Shown in pieces: positions 29,863 to 43,445 of a DNA stretch of 64,000 nt (positions are counted from its first letter, which is position 1; each line of letters begins with the position of its first letter). Where the stretch lies: NCBI RefSeq assembly GCF_009914755.1, contig NC_060933.1; one strand, written 5' to 3'. Origin of the DNA: the human T2T-CHM13v2.0 reference genome, Homo sapiens. The notes under the pieces are model-generated. The model was not told the DNA's origin, searched no databases, and saw only the letters and a program-made list of their open reading frames with translations. A program made the translations under genes and the position numbers.

Positions 29863-31003
29863 TTAGACTGCACCTTCTCTACCAATGTACTCATAGCTGG
29901 ATAAGTAGTTCTAATGAGAACTAAAAATCCTTATAGTAACTATACACACCAATAGCAGTTTTGTCTTTATCAAGGCTAAAGGTACAAATAAACAAAAGAA
30001 GGTCTTCAAGTCAGTGTATGAGAACACATGACCTGTAAGAGCTATGTTGTAAGCTCAGAAGGGCTAATGTTATCATTTCCATTTTCTGGAAGGAGAGAAG
30101 CCCAGAATCATACCCAAAGTCAGAGTCCAACAGGCTCCGGGCGGAGTCTAGATTGAGGGTCTCTCTGCCAACTTAGTGGTTCTTTCCTTACTACATCAGA
30201 ATTCCAGGCCAGGTCATGCTATGATGTCACAAGGAAAAAGTCCCTTGCCCTGTGTCTTAGCTTCCTCAGGAGAGCTGTTAGGGAAGGTAAGAGAACAGCA
30301 TAGAGTCACTGTTCCTATATTTTAAGGAATAAATGAGGCCTCATATTTAATGTCCTATCTAAAAGTGATGACAATGCTGATAATAAGATACAATTACATT
30401 TTTTTTAGAAATACTGCCATGCATTAGCAAGACTGCACTAAAACTTCTGTAATCCCTCTGATCATGCATCTCAAACACATTCATGGGAATAAGAAAACAA
30501 TTGTCAAAAAAATGAATTATGGCAATAAAGCCCTAATGAGCTCATTGGAATTTAATAACATTATTTTGATTTGAATTTTTTTGAATCACAGAATATCTCA
30601 GTCTTAAGGGACACTGACAACCCTCATTTTTCAGATGAGGTAGATACAGGTCAGACGTCTTGCCCAATGTCACTGGGCCTATTGGCAGTACATACAGGAC
30701 TTGAATCCAGGTCCTAAAACTACTCATCTTTCTGCTATCCTACACTGATGCCAATGAAGATTACCTTAATGGACTAACTACCAATGCTGTGAGGTTACTG
30801 ATCTAGAAGTTATAAAATGTCAATATAATTTATTCGGTATTTTTTAAGACAAAAATTCCATTGAAGTCAATGAGGTGAGCTAATGGAGAATAGGAGTTAA
30901 TCCTGCCTGGGTTAAAATTATTATTGTGCTAGGTTAGAATTAATATTGGCATCTCATATGGAATATATTTAAAATGTTTAATTTAACCTTTAATTCAACT
31001 CAG

Positions 31004-31320
<317 letters not shown>

Positions 31321-32260
31321 TAAAGGGCAACCCACTATACAACTGAGTAGTCCAAATTAAATTTACTGAGAAAGCTTAGTTGTGTTTGGAAAAAACGTAG
31401 CAGAAGCTAAGATTTTTGTACACATTCCTCGATCTTTAAAAGAGTATTATGTGGCAAAAGTACTCCCCGCTCCTCCCATCCCCAAAATGAAATTTCAAAA
31501 TCCACTCTTTCCAGGGGTCTTAGCAGCCATCAGCAGCACTTCAAAGGGGGTAGACAAGAGACAGGTATAAATCATAAGCAATGCTCATCTTTCAAAATAT
31601 TTTGAAAACAATACTGTTAAAACAAAGACACCTGAATTCCAAGATAATTAATCCCCTCAAATGTGAGTAAATGGACTGCCATTTGGGAGCTGTTATTGAA
31701 GTTTTGCCACTTACATTCTAAGCCATTTTCTAACCCCAAAATACTGATATCCTTCTGGGAAATTTATATGAGAAAATTCTTTCAAACACCATTTAAAAGA
31801 GCCCACTAGTTTGACAGTCTTAGCTGAGAAAACTTCCTAGAAGAGTAAGAAATTGAAATAAGAGAAACGCTATCCTGAATGTAAAGCACTGAACATGTTA
31901 ACATCTATCAAGGGACTCATAACCAGTATTTGTTAAAGAGGATTTTAAGATAATAGCTAAAATGAAATTAAATGTAAAACATATTTAAACTAATATGTTT
32001 GTTCGTTGCATACACAAAATGTCAAAAACAGTCATTAAATACAGCTTATGACTCTAAACAATTGTTTGTGGATTCTCCTTTTACAAAATAAAAACCTGAA
32101 GATAAATAATCATCACAAGGCTGCACACTGCTGACATCTGGGCCAGATTACATCAAACATTGCCTTCCTGTTCAACACAGCACAAGAGAATAAAAAAATT
32201 TTTCCCAATTTAAACTTGTCCCTAGAGCCATAAAGAATGAAAAACTGCCGTGTCAACAGC

Positions 32261-32263
<3 letters not shown>

Positions 32264-32304
<41 letters not shown>
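32264..32304. repeat. (TG)20 microsatellite
   Basis: Direct read, uninterrupted. Confidence 0.95.
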
Positions 32305-32306
<2 letters not shown>

Positions 32307-33941
32307 TGATGTTTTTGTTTGTTTGCTTTTCATTTTTTATTTTATGCATTTTCAATACATCTACATACTTTTCTCTTCCCTCTTTCACCATTCATTGGCT
32401 ATGTAAAGCTCCAAAAGCTGGCACTCTGATGGAACAAGCCTCATATCCTAAAGTGCTGAAAGAATTGGCTACTGGTATGAAACCATTTCAAGGATACCAG
32501 CAACTTTTGTTAAGGCTATTGTTTTATAGTTAAATGCCATTCAGAGCAACTTGAACTGGACCTGTCTACTATCAAAGAGAGTAATTCACTGGGTTGCCTG
32601 GGATTTGGCTGGCAGGCCATCCTAATATTTATCTGGGGACAACTTTCACCTTTGGCTAGAAAATACTAACACAGAGCTTGAAATTGAGCAAAGTAAGAAA
32701 AGTAAATACTATGGAAAAGAATTGGGATTTGATGTGGCTATTACTCAAACGATGGAACCTGCAACATTTTGCAATAACTTGTTCACAAGCATGCATATGT
32801 ACATATACACAAAAAAGGAGCTAAAAACCTTTCGTGTGGCTTTTAGATAGAATGTCACATTCCAGCCTTCATAGGGATCTAGAATTTTTTTTCAAAAATA
32901 AAATCTGAAGGACATAATCATTGTTCTCCATACTCTCAAGAAATCTGTTCAACCACTCTGATTTCAGGGTTGCTTTTCATTAGCAAAAGTTAGGAAGAGG
33001 AGGATTTGTGGAGTTTTCAGGGCTGACTTATGAGTTTCAAATAATTACCTTATAGACACTGGAGCAGGCAGTGCAGTGAGAGGGTATTAATAAGGCCTCG
33101 CACAAAAAGTGTGCAGAAAGACAGAGAGGGAAAATAACAAGCAGACCCCGGGCTTTCTTCCTAAGTTTCCAGAGTCCTGATTTTCTTATTAAAAATAAGT
33201 GTTAAAATATTTATCTTTCCTAACCTCTACAACTAACTTTGTATTCTGAATAAAGATAACTTTCAGTTATAAACAAAACTAAGAGAGAAAGTCAGATTTT
33301 AGAGCACCTGGGAGTGATGAATTGAGAAAAGAAATGCGGTAACCAACAGAAAAATCTCAGTCCAGCTTAGATATGACTTGCAGCTGAAAGTTATCTCAGG
33401 TTTTCAGGTCCTACTCTTCTAAGATGATGAACTCATACTATCTTTTAATGAGAGGCTCATATCTGCCTTTGATGTGTGAAAGACACTCCCAGCTGGAGGA
33501 GAGTACAAGAAAGATCTAAAATATTTGCTTCAGCTGCAAAGAACTATTAATGAAAGTTTAGAAAATGAGGTAGCATTAGGGGGAAAATCTTTAGAAAAAA
33601 AGATGACATACTCTCATCTTATGAAATCTTAAGGGAATATATTCCAGTAAAATAAAATCTGACAAAAAAGTTCTTCCCTCTTCTACACACCAGAGTTCTT
33701 CATCCTTTTCCAGAGTGTGTTCTTAATTCCCTGGTACATAGGAGAAAAAAAAAAAAAAAGGCTTCATATAATTTGCTATTCACACAAAACACCAAGGGTT
33801 AGAGTCACATAATGTACACAGAGGTTATAAGACCACATGGATGTATCAGCTTACATTGGGGAGAGTTTTAGAATTAATTCTTACAAAACCACCTTTAAGT
33901 GTGTTTAAGAAGGGGAGCACTTACAGTGCAATCTTGCGCAA

Positions 33942-34017
33942 CATGTTTACCTATGTAACAACCCTGCATGTCCTGTGCATATGCCCCTCTACGTAAAAGT
34001 TGGAAATAAAAAAAAAA
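33942..34017 (+). mobile_element. Very short L1P 3' end (~75 bp, older L1PA/L1PB-like)
   Basis: catgtttacctatgtaacaaccctgcatgtcctg...aaaagttggaaataaaaaaaaaa; TSD aatcttgcgcaa/aatcctgtgcaa. Confidence 0.8.
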
Positions 34018-34718
34018 TCCTGTGCAAAACAGAACTTAAGTTCAGATAATTCTCCACAATTCTCTATGCTGCTTAATGTTCTGAGATTATCTTTTTGTCA
34101 AAAAAGCAGCAAAAATAGAAATCTGGTTTTCTTAATAACCTGTCTAAATATATTTTCTAACTATCTAATCTACTCTCAGTATAGAGCACAGGTACAGAAG
34201 ATAAGCATTAAACAACTCCCATAGGCTATTATAAATCTCCCATTTAGAGTCTGGGACACTTTCAATTACTCTTAGCTGGTCTACCCAGTAACTACTTTCC
34301 CTGAATGAGCAAGGAGATCTGTAGAGGTAGCAAAGTCTTTGAGACCTTTTCTTATTATTCCCTTTGATAGAGAGCAGGAGAAAAAGCATATGTGGAAAAA
34401 CATATGAAATTCCTTCTTAGAAAAAAAAAATTCTCTGTTGCTAACTCCTAAATTAGGTATCTTATATAACATATTTACACATATGTTAACAACTTTACAA
34501 AGTAGGCCTCATTATCTTTCTTTTACAGATGTGGGAAACAAGGATCAGATGAGACAGGTTATATGATTTGTCACATGGCTCGTAAGTCAGAATTTGAATC
34601 TAGGTCTCAATCTACAAGCTGTGCTTTAGAATGTTAGGTAATTAAACATGATGGCATCACCTACTTTCTGCGGAAGAAATAAATGTTCTAAGGTAAAGAA
34701 AGATGCTGAGGAAGGGAA

Positions 34719-34721
<3 letters not shown>

Positions 34722-34766
<45 letters not shown>
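34722..34766. repeat. (GA)22 microsatellite
   Basis: Direct read, uninterrupted. Confidence 0.95.
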
Positions 34767-34769
<3 letters not shown>

Positions 34770-36946
34770 GGACAGGCAAGTACCAGGACTAGGAAATAGT
34801 TATTTCAGCAACTTTTATTCATTCAATAAGTACTTATGTAGAATCTACTAGGGGTCAGCTACTCTCAAGGGTTCTCTCAATGGCATCTAAATTCTTGTAC
34901 CCTCTCAAGGAAATTATATAATTTCTTCTTTCAAAGTTTCCATATTCCTAGGCCAATGTGACATTCCTTTTTTCTCCTCACACATGCCTGGCTGAAATCA
35001 TGCCAAACCTCAGCAACTTTTAAAAGTGATAAGTCTGCTAGAGTATTTATGTTAAAAACAATTTCAACGGCATACCTGGAAATAAATATTCTACTCCAAC
35101 AACCAAAATTTTACAAGTGATTAAAGTGGAAAGAGATATGAACGGATATGATCGGATATCTCAGAATGACAATCCATAACTAAGCTAGCTTCCCTACCCA
35201 CCATCAATGTCAACAATGTCAAAGGAAACTCTGTAAGCAGAATAACTACTTCCTCTTTTTAGCCTGATCCATTTATCCATTTTTCAAAATTTCAGGTATT
35301 TCAGACAATGTAGTCTTTTGGATTAAAGACAAGAACTAAGGAAAATATTAATTTCTAACTCAGTTACTATGCTGGTTTACAGAGGCAGCATCATAATTGT
35401 TTAAGGCCCTTCCTTAGGGTTCTTTTGATAGGAAAGGAGAAGAAATTGCTTAACTTCCTCATTGCTCAGTCTCCTCAATGAGTAAAATAGACAGATATCC
35501 TGGTTATCCCTTCACCTTGATATGAAACTAAACTTTGTTAAATAAAGCTCCAGAGTGAGTGGGTGCTGAGTGTCATTCAACAAATGATAATTCCCCAATC
35601 CGAGTTTCAAGTTCTCATTTTATATTTGAGCAACATAGCACAACGCTGACAAAAAGAGGATTAAATCAAGGATTCTGAGCAGAGAGGGGAAAGGCCATGA
35701 TCATTCCTATCAAAAAAGAAAGGGCAGTTATTTTCTCTTTTCTTTCCTTTAAAAAGAAAGTACTGAGGGATAATTCTGATGTGTCTATTCCAGCAGAACA
35801 TTTGAAAGACGTGTCCAATTCAGGCCAGAGCGTTGCTCTCAGAGCGAAGGGTATCACCATGCTCTAGAGTTCAGTCTCCTCTGCACATACATAAACACAA
35901 GTGCATAGCGCCCCAACGCTGTTTGTCCCCTCGGCCTCACAGCTCTGCCAGTTGGCAAACCCAAGCCAGGAAGTTGTCAATTCCAATTGCGTTTAGGCCA
36001 TGTAGTCCTATTAAAGAAGGCCTGCTGGTTAAGGGGCGTCCTCTGTTTCCAAAGCATGGGAAAAAAAAAAAAAAGGCTATGCTTAGATTGGAGCTGGCAA
36101 CTTTCACTGACTAGAGTTTTCAAGGAGCTATGAATGAGTTTAACAAAGGAGGTCTGTGGCTAGTTTCTGGCTGAAGTCCATGTCAACAGTTTTTAAGGTC
36201 ACAGGCCACACTAACTAACATTTATTCCCAGCAGACCCTGTTCTAAACACAAGCTGTAAGTAGTACAAATTTGGAATTTTTCTGTAATCCCTTGAGATAT
36301 TCCTGATCCTTCCACATGTTTCTGCTCAATTAAAAACAATTCTCACTTTGCACCACAAGAGAGGCCATGCTCAGCAATCTCAGTTCATCCTTAGGGTAGA
36401 CGAACAAAAACCTGGCAAATCAAAGGGCTTGAGTGGGGAAGGGAAGGAATTCAGCTGGATCACACTGAAAAGTGCAGACAGCTCCCCAGGGGCTCAGTTT
36501 GTGAAAGCATAAAACAGGTTATGACAGAGATCCTGAGGCCATAAAAAGCAGGTTTGAGACACACATTGGGAATAGGTTCCTAGTCATTTTACAGAAATAA
36601 GATAAAAATTTCTGAGAAAATTAACAGGTCAACTAGGTGAGTAGAGAATGGTGATAATGCATAGGACAGATGCTAAATATCCCACTTGGAAATTAATACT
36701 AACATTTCTCAATTAAGAGGAACTCCTTTAACATCTCTGAAATCAAAATGCATTTTGGGAACAAACTAAAAATTTAACACAGTCATTTCTCCCCCTGAAA
36801 AAATATTTTTACATCAATGGTGCAGTGTATAACTAATGGTATTTTTAAGTCTTGGCAGACAACATGGGAATAACTGCCTTGGACTGAGTACCAAAGATGT
36901 GCTATGCACTGTGCGTGGTATGTCCATTAAAAAAAAATCTCTCCTG

Positions 36947-37581
<635 letters not shown>

Positions 37582-38059
37582 TTTAAATTTAAATTAAAAA
37601 TATATATACCTCGTAATCTTTAAGGCTACCATGAGATGTACTTTCTGTTTTACAGTTAAGGAAACAGGCTCAGAAAGGTGACATGACATGTTTTGGCCTT
37701 AGATCTAGTAAGGGGTAGAATCAAAATTTGAACACAGTTCTGATTTCAGAGCGTAAGTCCGTTTCACAAACTTAGTGGGGAAACACACATTAGAGTATCA
37801 GTTACTATTTTGGTAGCTAAAGTACTGCCGTTTGTGGCATTCTATATTTGAAATCATGAGATAGATATATGAAGGTGGTTATAATTTTTCCAAACTAAAA
37901 AATATGTAAATTATTGTGCAGTGAATATTTGGATTGGGCTTGATAGAACAGCCAGGATAACTACTTCATTAAAGAGAATTAAAAACACCCATGATAACAT
38001 TACTTAACTATTCTCATTAATACTTTGGGATCCGATCCCCCACGTCATTTTTTTCTACA

Positions 38060-38430
38060 TACTTTTTACAAAATGGAGATCACATCACATATAAAAATTT
38101 GTCTCTTGCTTTTCTTCTATAAGTACTGGATATTTTCCATGTCATCAAATAATCACCAAAACCAATTTTAATGGCTACATGGTATCTAATTAAATTTAAC
38201 TATCCTCTATTTCTAGGCCTTAAAATTGTTTCTAACTTTTCACTCTATATGCTAAATGTCCTTGTCCATATATCCGTACTTATATTTCTGAGTTTTTCAT
38301 AAAACAGATTCCCCAAAGTGGAAAAAATGTTAAAGGTTTTGAATATATATTGCCAATTGTTTTCCAAGAATGTTGGACCATTTTACAACCTGATCAACAG
38401 TGTGTAAGTGCCTACCTCATTACCAAGTGT
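38060..38430 (-). mobile_element. L1ME-like fragment
   Basis: ttttaatggctacatggtat, cccaaagtgg, tattgccaattgttttccaag...ccattttac...aacagtgtgtaagtg. Confidence 0.6.
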
Positions 38431-38503
38431 CATCTGCAAGCTAGCATAACCTAGGCTCATGTACACTTTGTCACATGTATGCCCACATACATCTCACCTA
38501 TGA

Positions 38504-38963
<460 letters not shown>

Positions 38964-39259
38964 TAAATGGAGTAATCAGAAGCTCATTTCCAAATCAGGA
39001 GGACTGGAATGCAGGCCCTACTCTGACACTAGACCACACTCTTATGCCATGCCACCGTGTAACTCATTTTACCTTTCAGATAATGATCAACTTTCTCTCA
39101 CAACTCCAGGGACTGCCTCTTTCTCTAGCAACACCTCTGCAAACGATGAGACCAGATTAATGTTTGGAGAAGTAAATAAGGGCAATAATACCTAGATCTC
39201 ATGGGCTTTGAGAAAAGTGAAGTGTATGCTGGCGAGTCTTCTTTAAAAAGCAAGGAGCT

Positions 39260-40015
39260 AGTGGCAGCAGTGTGGTGCATGGAATGCTCATGCACAGCTT
39301 GCAGAAGCAGAAAATGGTGAAACCACTGAAGGAAACAATTTGGCATTATCTCAATAAAGTTGATTGAGCTTAATAGAATAAAATTGCCCAATTTGGCATT
39401 TATCCCAATGAAGTCAACGATATACATGTCCTATGACACAACTATTCAACTCCTTAGGTACATACAGTACACAGAAGTTAAGTCTATGTGCACCAGTATA
39501 GCTCTTCAAGAATGTTCATAAAAGTCACACGCTAGAAACAGTCCAAATGGCCACCTACAGTTACATGCATAAACAACTCAACCCCTTTATCTCTACAATG
39601 GAGATAATTTCATAAGATTGCTATAAAAATAAATGAAAATTACATAAACCAGCTGTGGTATATCATCATACAACACAGAACACTAGATAGCAAAGAAGAC
39701 AGACTATAACCATAAGCAACAGCATGGGTGAATCTCAAGGTTAAGCAAAAGAAGTAAGACTGAAAATAACAATTCTAAATTGCATAATGCAACTCACAGA
39801 GTTCAAAACCAAACAAAGCTATACTATACTATTTAGGGATGTATACATAGGTGAAAAAATTAATATCAGGGTGCTAGTAATTTCTGAACTTCAATGGTGA
39901 TTACATGGGTATTTGCTGTATATTTATGTTTACTTATGTGTGTATAATGTGTATATGTACATTTGACGCCCTTTTCTGTTTGCAGGTTATATTTCACAAT
40001 TTACAAAAGGGAAAA
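39260..40015 (+). mobile_element. Old L1M (L1ME-like) 3' fragment containing a 79-bp foreign insert
   Basis: aaaatggtgaaaccactgaaggaaacaatttggca, caagaatgttcata, ctagaaacagtccaaatg, gcaacagcatgggtgaatctc. Confidence 0.75.
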
Positions 40016-40265
40016 ACACAGGGTTGTGATCAAACATTTACACAATAGATATAGCATACAGGGACTTTATCAAGTATTTACTGTTTTATTTAATCTTTAG
40101 AACAATATTCTGCATTAGTATTGTCCACAATTTGCCACTGAAATAACTGAGACAAAAACCAAATGACAGCCAAGTAAAAATATTTTTATTATAAATCCAT
40201 GTTTTAAAAAGATTGAAAAAAAATCAAAGTATAGCACCAATGTTTGTTTCATTACAACACAAAAA

Positions 40266-40485
40266 CAGTTTGAATATCCCTTATCCAAAACATATGGGAC
40301 CAGAAATGTTTCAGATTTTAGATTTGTTTGGATTTTGGAATATTTGCAGAATATATACCAGTTGAGCACCGCTAATTTGGAAATCCAAAATGCTCCGATG
40401 GACATTTCATTTGAGCATCATGTTGGTGCTCAAAAAGCTTTTAGAGCATTTTGAATTTTGGATGTTCAGATTAGGGATACTTGAG
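40266..40485. mobile_element. Tigger4a/MER46A-like DNA transposon
   Basis: cagtttgaatatcccttatccaaaacatatgggaccagaa ... ttcagattagggatact. Confidence 0.8.
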
Positions 40486-43234
40486 TACACTAAATCTGAG
40501 GAACGCACAAGTTCATGGGAGTCCTTGAAAGTTAAACTGTCCCTTCAAACAAAAAGACCTAGAATTGCAATCTCTGGAGAATGTTAACAAAGAGTACAAT
40601 GAAAAGATATTTATAAAAGTTTTGTTTTCAGTGGTCACGGGACAACAGTTATCTTTACTCAATAAGGATAATCAATATTGGCTATATTTTTCATATACTA
40701 ATAAAAAAGAAAAAGCACAAATTAAATTTTCTCCAAAGTTGGTATCCAAAATTACAAAATTTACAAAAGTGACAGTAAAAATCCTAGCTCAGCAGAAAAC
40801 AGTATACTAGCAAACATACATTCTTTAGAGTCTGTTTTGGCTTGGGGTTGTTTTTGTTTGCAGTGTTTTTTTGTTTTTTAACCACTTAAAAACTTGTTTT
40901 CTGATGGGACCAGAATTTTAAAATTAAAAACTTAAAATAAAAAAAAAATCAGTCAGTCATCCCAAGGAGCTTAGACAACAAACTGCAGGACACTGAATTT
41001 CACCCAACTTCTTCTCCCACCACACTCTTAAATCGGTTTTTAAAAAATGTAAAATTTTTCAAGTCAAGCATTTTTGCTGTATTTTGGGTCCATTAATTCA
41101 CATAAAGAGGTAGTTAAAATACCAGACTGCATAAATGAACAATAGGACAATTAACCTCACATGCAAAACTCCACCACTTTACTTCAAAGGCATCTGAAAT
41201 AGAATGGATTAGAAACCATAAATGATGCCTCTCAGAATTAATTCTGTAATAAATATTGCTTTGTATTATAGATAAGGGATTTAAAATCTCTATGTGGTAG
41301 TTTAAGACTTGTGGATTGAGCTAAAGCACAACAATTGCCCTTGGTTTTGCATAAGATCACTGGTAGATTCAAGTCCATGAGTAGAAAATAAAAACCTACT
41401 TAATTTCCACTGCATACTACAATATATAGAATTTAATTTTCTCCACAATGTTTAAAAATTCCATAAGTTTACGTAAAGTTTTAAGATACATGTAATTTGC
41501 TTTCACTTAGAATGCAATATATTCTAATTTCAAAATTATACTGCTATCTAACTTCAAAAGAGTTCCCTTAATGTTACAATTTGCATTTTACAACTCATGC
41601 TAATAAAATTACTTACTCTGAAGATGTAAATATACAAAATAAAATACGGAAACGTAAACTCAACACATTATTTGCCACTTGATTTTAACCAAGACTTTTG
41701 ATACTATTTCCATACTCTTCTGTTCATTGTTTCAGAAGCTAGTAACTATTCTTCATTGTCAAGAATCAGGTAATAGCTCACATGTTAAGATAAAAAAAAA
41801 AGTTGAGTGTTTCTTTTAAAAAAATACCAAGTAGTTAGCTGAATGACAACATTATAGCAAATGCATTTTTAAAAAGAAGATAAGCCTTAGCAAGAAATAT
41901 TCTTTCACATTACTAAGAGCTTCTTTCCTTGTATTATAAATCAATCTCACACAAATAAATTATGTAGTTAAAAACACTCTCAGGAAAGAATATTTAATGA
42001 CATGTAAAGATGGTTACAATTTAATAAGTGAAAAAGCTAGATACAAAGTTATACCTACAGCACCATCCCAATTCAGGGAAGGAAACACCCTTAGTCATTA
42101 TCAGCATGGTGGGATGAGAGATTTCTTTTCTTTTCTGCAGTTTTCTAAATTTCTCTAATGAGAAAGTGTATCTTTATAATCTTAAAAAATAACATCCTAA
42201 AAATAAGTGGCTCATAATTGATTGCTAGAATTGTAGAGTCTTCAAACTTCTTCAAACTTCAATCATGGTACTACGATTTTTCTGTAAAGAAGTACCTATT
42301 ATTGCAGTCTTATGGGGCCTCTCCATGATGGAGAGAATGTTAGGCTTCCTACTGCTTCTAAAACTGATCCCTGAAAGGGCCAGACAACTTAAATTCAGAC
42401 TCCTGTATTCACAAATCCATCTTGCTCTTAAGAGTGTAGCTTAGAAGCAAAGGGCAATTTTAGGAGTGAGGTGTATTTTGAGCCATTTTCTTTTCTACCT
42501 CCCACCCAGTGAAAAGCAAAGATCAGGCTCAGATAAATGCCTTCTGCTTATTGCTGTTGAAGGAAAGTGGCTGGCTTGCAGGGAGGTCCAAGAAAAATTG
42601 TTGACACTCAAACTCAATCAAAAAGCACCGAGGAGCCTCTCCTGTAGAATGCTTTTTCATCTCCCAAAAAGGGTCCCTCATGTCGAATTCTGAGATCCTT
42701 TCAAAAGACAGGCTCTATTTCACTGGTTTTCCATTCAAACATACCTTGCATCGGATTTAAACAGAACTGATCATCTTGTTCACTCTATAATCACATAGTT
42801 GGATTATTCACATTGCTCATAATGATGCTAACCAAAAGGGAATGTGACTCCTTGACACTAACCAGGGGCTACTGAGTCTTGAAAAAACATTAGTTCCAGC
42901 TGGCCTTGGGCTCATTCTCCTGAGTTGGAAGAATCATTGCCATATCACGGGCAAAACCCTGGGTTGGAGGTCAGAAGACTGTCATTCACCAGCCAAAGAG
43001 CTTGGAACAAAAATCTTCCTGTCTCATTCATGTTTCATTTTCATCATTTATAAGATGAGGGTGAGCTGTAGAACATTATTTCTGAAAGCTCTTTAAGCTC
43101 ACCTCTGAGTTCATTCTGCAAGGGCAAACTACCCATTATGTCTTTTTAAACTAAGTATATACATATAGAAAGAGAGGACAAATAACCTTTTGAAAGCAGT
43201 AAAAGTTGCTTTGGTGGCAGGAAGACAGAATTTG

Positions 43235-43445
43235 CAGTTGAGAGTATAAATTTTGGGTTGGATTTTAGCTTCCAAACCAGATTCCTTAACTTTCTCCTTG
43301 AGATCTTGGGCAAGTCACTGTATCTCTCTCAGTCTCAATCCCTTTATCTCTACAATGGAGATAATTTCATAAGATTGCTATAAAAATAAATGAAAATTAC
43401 ATAAACCAGCTGGCATATTAAATAAATGCTGATAAATGTTAATTC
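43235..43445 (+). mobile_element. MIR (likely donor of the 79-bp copy at 39577)
   Basis: cttgggcaagtcactgtatctctctcagtctcaatccctttatctctacaatggagataat...ctggcatattaaataaatgctgataaatgtt. Confidence 0.8.

Noticed and set aside
35133-35160. Three ~10-bp units (gatatgaacg/gatatgatcg/gatatc)
   Set aside because: Too short; ordinary slippage micro-duplication, not an array. The same applies to caagtggtag x2 at ~3841.
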